A stretch of DNA of 63,879 nt, filler included, from Reclinomonas americana ATCC 50394 (Eukaryota): NCBI GenBank assembly GCA_048213135.1. It is 5 parts of 3 records of this genome, joined end to end, with 100 filler letters (N's around TTAATTAATTAA, not from the genome) between each part and the next. Parts side by side here need not be neighbours in the genome. Positions count along the whole stretch, not along the records: positions 58,034 to 63,879 come from PS015547.1; 4 more parts are not named here. One strand, given 5' to 3'. The stretch's first letter is position 1; every line of letters starts with the position of its first letter. The notes below the pieces were generated by a model. That model was not told the DNA's origin. It did no database searches and saw only the letters and a list, made by a program, of their open reading frames with translations. Both the position numbers and the translations under genes were made by a program. Positions 59,401 through 63,879 of this stretch are shown here, one piece after another.

Positions 59401-60223
59401 GAAGGAGAAGGGTGAAGAAGAAGGGTGAAGGAGAAGGGTGAAGAAGAAGGGTGAAGGAGAAGGGTGAAGGGTGAAGGAGAAGTGTGCAGGGTGAAGGAGA
59501 AGAGTGAAGGAGAAGGGGGAAGGAGCAAGGGGGAAGGGAAGGGGGGAAGGGTGGAAGAAGAAGAAGAAGAAGGGGATTGAGAGAAGCGCAAGGGAAGGCA
59601 TCGACGACGCACACAAGTCATCGCGAGAGAAGAAGAAAAAGGGAACAGGAATTAGAGAAACAATAGGTGCCAGGGGAAGCCATTGAGGGGACAGAGAGAA
59701 GGAGATACAGAAGGAGAAGAAAGGAAAGGGGGAGAACGGGCAGGTGCACGGGGAAGCCATCCGACGACGCGCAAGTCATTTGCGAGAGAAGACGAAGAAG
59801 GGAAGAAGAAAGGGATTGAGAGAAACAGTAGGTGCATGGGGAAGCCATCGACGACGCACATGTCGTTCGCGAGGTGAGAGAGAGCAAAGAGAGAAGAAAA
59901 AGGAGAAGAATGGGATTGACAGAAACAATTTGTACAAGGGAAAGCCATCCGCCAACGCAACAGTCATTCGCGAGGAGGAACACCACACTTCCACCTCGTC
60001 AAAGTGCACGCGTTCCGGATCCGCCTGCCGCGGTCTCCGCTGCGGCTGCGTCCATCGAACCGTCAGCACAAAGCTGTCCTCTGCAGGCGCTCCTTCCGAC
60101 ATGTGTGGAAAAAATACAATGCTGCGTGTGTAAGAGATGAGTGAGTGAGGGAGCAAAAAAGATCAATGTGCGGAAAAAAAGATCACTGGCGGACTGCATG
60201 CGCGGAACGAACATGAAGTCCAT
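56300..60223 (-). CDS. UBL + acidic/Pro linker + UBA + USP7-type C-terminal ubiquitin-like region; one exon on an inverted contig; both ends approximate
   Basis: UBL: MT|VEELRDQLATLYTFAPFAQQLVTRHGRLMRDFDTLASY|GLGARDSTVFMVL. UBA: RLVSIGFDDRTQNRRALASANGDILVAVDLIL. USP7-like: QRWWLLGSRQNHTFRP, IAVFLKFVDPHSMRVRYIG...FE|ELRPNLVDSVDLSCTFDDAALCLGDVLTF. Confidence 0.72.
58057..58591 (+). CDS. Internal acidic/Pro-rich exon of the UBL-UBA gene (inverted contig)
   Basis: Phase-0 acceptor (PRSAVPEDP...) and phase-1 donor (...GTMALV G|gtgag) fit the flanking minus-strand exons; the join gives MALVERLVSIGFDD. Confidence 0.75.
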
Positions 60224-60293
60224 ATTTATCGACTTGCTTGTCACTCTCTCAAGTCTCTCTCTCACACACACACACGCACACACACCTCACCTC

Positions 60294-60328
<35 letters not shown>

Positions 60329-60388
60329 TCTCTCTCTACACACTACTTGATGTGAGCATGTAGTGTCGNNNNNNNNNNNNNNNNNNNN

Positions 60389-60581
60389 CGAGCGCCGGTT
60401 CATCTTTGGTCTGCTGCGTCGTCTGTGCGCCGCGGATGCGGAGAACCGGGTGCTGCCGGCAGCCACCAAGCAGCAACTGCAGAACATCATGGACGAGTAC
60501 GACAGCAGCCGGTACTTCCATGTCGGCCCGCGCCGGCAGATGTTTGCCGCGGTCAACACGTTGGTGGATGCCGTGGCGTGA
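60389..60581 (+). CDS. Short coding fragment (3' end) of an unknown protein
   Basis: ERRFIFGLLRRLCAADAENRVLPAATKQQLQNIMDEYDSSRYFHVGPRRQMFAAVNTLVDAVA*, with coding-like GC3; starts at a gap. Confidence 0.5.
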
Positions 60582-61263
60582 TGATGAGCGGGTATGCTGT
60601 TCTCCCGCCCGCTGCTGCTAGCGCTGCTGGTGTGCGCGGTGTGTGTGGGAACACGCAAGTGAGGATTGTTTTTGTAGTAGCAGATCGTAATAATATAGAG
60701 CATGTGATGTACAAGAAACTGCAGATATCGAAGGTGGTGGAGGGAGAGAGAGGATGTGGGAGGTGCACAGGCTGTGGGAGAGGAGAGACGGAGAGGCTCG
60801 TCACAAACTCCGAGTTACAGTTGTCGATATATCGGCACTGCGCTCTCCCCCTCTCTCTCCGTCTACAATTTCCGCTCTTTCCCACGCAGCGACATAGCAA
60901 AGCACACACTCTCTCTCCCTCTCTCCCCTCCTCTCCTCTGCGCTGCGCCGCCTTTCGGCGCGCTGTCGCGAGCTAAAAGCATCTTTTTCTGGACAGCTTT
61001 TTTAGCGGATTTGTCTTTCTTGTTCCTCACCGCACAAACGACGACAGCGAGAGAGCAAGAGTAAGAGCAAGAGCGTGCGCCTCATCTCTCTTTGACACTC
61101 TGCTCCGCTGTCGTTTTGATCCCACACTCTCCGTGCGCTCTCCTCGCCTGCGCGCGATCGGTCGGAAAACAAAGTACTTCTTGTTTTGGTGGTGCTTGCG
61201 TCATCGTCGCTTTCTTTCTGGTATCCCTCGGGGCACATCTCTCTGTCTCTCCATTGCATCATC

Positions 61264-61383
61264 ATGTTGGTGGAGGTCACCGACGAGGTGCACTACGACA
61301 TCACCTCCATTGTGGAGCTCGCAGGTGTGCGCGTGGATCTACAGTGTGGTGACAATGACGAACGCATTGATCATGTGTATCTA

Positions 61384-61425
<42 letters not shown>

Positions 61426-63671
61426 GTTCCGCTGTTTATCGCGTTCATGTGTGCGGAGGCCTTCTGCGGGTGGATCGCGCACAAGGACTATCACCGGTGA
61501 GTGGTGTACCACACAGCCTATTTCGTCAACAGAGATCTAGAGAAACAGCTCGTCGCTCACGAGTGTGTGCGCCTCCACGATCACAGCGCCAATGATACCA
61601 TGACCAGCATGATCTGCGGATTCATCAAGCTGCTCTTTGGTCGCGTTGGTGAGTGTTGCTGCACGACGATGGCCACTTCTCCACATGCTAAATAACAGTT
61701 TCCCTTCTCACACAAACAGTCAACAACTTCCTCTCCATCTGGCCCTACTGCTACATCTACACGTACTACCGCGTCACCAGTCTGCAGGAGGGCTTCCTGG
61801 CACAGTTGCGTCAGTGTGAGAGAGAGAGAGAGTGCGAAAGATGCTGGGGAAGGCGAACTGTTTCCTTTTTTGGCAAGAGATGCTTTTTTCCCTGTTTTTT
61901 CATTCATGCGCGGTCATGTATACAGTCTGATGTGCTTCCTCGGTGTCGACATCAGCTTCTACTGTTGAGTGCCCATGTGACATACAGTGTCGTGCAAATA
62001 TTGACTGCTGATGTACACTGGATGTGTATGCAGGGTTCCACCGAAGTTTCCACCACATCAACATTGGCTGGGCGACACATACCACACACCATTCGAGTGA
62101 GGAATTCAACCTGTCCACTGCCATGCGCCAGAACCCCGTGGAGGCGCTGGTGGGCTGGATTTTCCAAGGCACGTCGACTTGCCCTGTATTCCATTATTAC
62201 TCCGACGCGTCTGTGACACTCCTGTGCGATGCAACACAGTGTGGATGGCCCTATTTATCCATCCCAACCTGTTTGCGTTGCACGCGCAAATCAACCTCAT
62301 CTACCAGTTCATGGTGCGTGGGCTGCCTGCATAAGATCTTCTTCTCCAATGCAGTGAATCATTCTCTCGTTGCAGATTCACACCAAGACGGTTCCGAAGC
62401 TTGGCTGGCTCGAGTACATCTTCAACACACCCAGCGCGCACCGCTGCCACCATGCGCGCAACCCGGTGTACATTGACAAGAACTTTGGTGGTATTTTGTG
62501 CATTTTCGACCGCCTCCTCGGCACCTATGTGGAGGAAGAGGTCTGTGGGGGGAACAGCTGGAAGGCAGCACAGGCACACATGCACTCTTATACTCCATGT
62601 GCCACAGGAGGAGCCCGTGTACGGTCTGGTGGATCCGATCCAGACGTTGCATGCGGTGGATGTGCAGCTGCACAAGATCGTCGACATTGCGCAGGCGGTG
62701 ATCAAATCTCGCGACCTCACCACGGCATCGCACGTGGTGCTCGGTGCGCCCAACTACAACCCCAATGGACCTGACTGGGACATTCCCGAGGTGCACGCCG
62801 ACAAGGTCCAAAAGTACGATCCGAAGATCCCGCGTCGCCTGGCCATCAACGCCTGGTCCCAGATGCTGTGGTGCGCCGCGTTTGGACTGCCTGTGCTGGC
62901 GGCACTGGTGAGACTCGCGATCGAGAGTGCTGTTGTGCGAGTGTCGATCAGCTGCAGGGCGTACAACTCACCAGAGAGCACGCGCTTGCAGAAGATGGAT
63001 TTCGTGCCGCTGATGTGGAAGGTGTTTTATCTGTGCTTCAGTCTCACGCTGGTCACCTACATGAACATGGGTCAGCTGCTACCCGGCGAGGTACGTACCA
63101 TTGCATGGTGTGCTTGCTTTCTCGCTGCCTATCCACCAACGCCGCGTGTCGTCTCTCTGCAGGTGGTGATTGACTTCCGCGAGGGAGTCTTCCGCATCCC
63201 AACACTGGTGCTTCTCGAGCTGCTGCGAGTGTCGCTGTCGGCCTTCTTCCCCTACTGGATGATCACTCGCGGCCTCGTAACTGAGCCGATTACCTGGGCA
63301 GCACACATCACCGGCGCCATCTCGCTCGCCTACTTTGTGTCCATGATGATGGAGAGGCCGACGATCGCGACCAAGGTGCGCACTCTACCGATCATGCACT
63401 GCTGTATCGCATATCCTGGAGCCTCACACGCGCAACGCAGGGCGGATACGATAAGATGGACGAGGAGGCCACACGCGCTGTGGTGCGCAGCACGATCACA
63501 GGCCTCCACGGTCACAACACACTCCGCACCATCGCGACAGCACAATCGACAACTCTTTCCGAACCCACCGGTTTCACATCCTCCTCCATCGTCATCACGC
63601 CTGTCGGTGACGCAGTTGGCCGCACGATCAATACAAAGGTGTCGGAGGACATAGAGAGTGCGCTGAGCTGA
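61264..63671 (+). CDS. AGMO: Alkylglycerol monooxygenase-like (fatty acid hydroxylase/sterol desaturase superfamily)
   Basis: His boxes: [97 protein letters not shown], KYDP, plus C-terminal TMs. Confidence 0.88.
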
Positions 63672-63879
63672 GCACTTGGTGCTGCATGTGCGCCTTGTCC
63701 TTGCATGTGAATGAGTGTAAAAATTTTGCTGCTTTTTATCACTCCTTGAGACCGGTGGTGCGCGCTGGTTCGGCGTGTGACGGTCCTTAGAGAGTGCATA
63801 CAATGCACAAGCGTAGTTGGCAGTTTCGCCAACACATGATCGAGTTGTCCGTCCTGCAAGAACATCGATATATATCGAT

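Noticed and set aside
1..63879. tRNA, rRNA, snRNA genes or autonomous transposons
   Set aside because: None recognised by eye; small ncRNAs cannot be excluded without Infernal/tRNAscan.

Overview
Gappy draft assembly of a GC-rich, gene-dense, very intron-rich microbial eukaryote. Most introns are ~50-100 nt; a few are 0.5-2 kb and filled with local repeats. The gene content (7TM-RGS, RLPH phosphatase, Tom22 without an acidic cis domain) argues against an animal, but the taxon cannot be fixed from sequence alone. Manual splicing recovers about 19 genes: Akr1-type ankyrin-DHYC palmitoyltransferase, a low-complexity nuclear protein, a universal stress protein, mitochondrial ALDH, three collagen-like genes, 7TM-RGS, S-formylglutathione hydrolase, ELP2, Tom22, an unknown mitochondrial membrane protein, a homeobox gene, RLPH phosphatase, mL46, a UBL-UBA-USP7-like fusion, an AGMO-like enzyme and several hypotheticals. 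The standout is a tandem cluster (11.6-28.6 kb) of three paralogous secreted collagen-like genes. Each has a signal peptide, an acidic N-terminal region and a long Gly-X-Y domain built from 9n-bp exons; two visibly end in three Cys-rich resistin/PCSK9-like modules. The splicing is also unusual: a very frequent shifted donor GTTGCGT, several GC-AG introns, and a run of 3-10 nt microexons in ALDH. Three contigs (1-761, 24415-25226, 58035-58596) look inverted in the scaffold, because flipping them restores phase-compatible genes. All gene models are hand-derived and lack RNA support.
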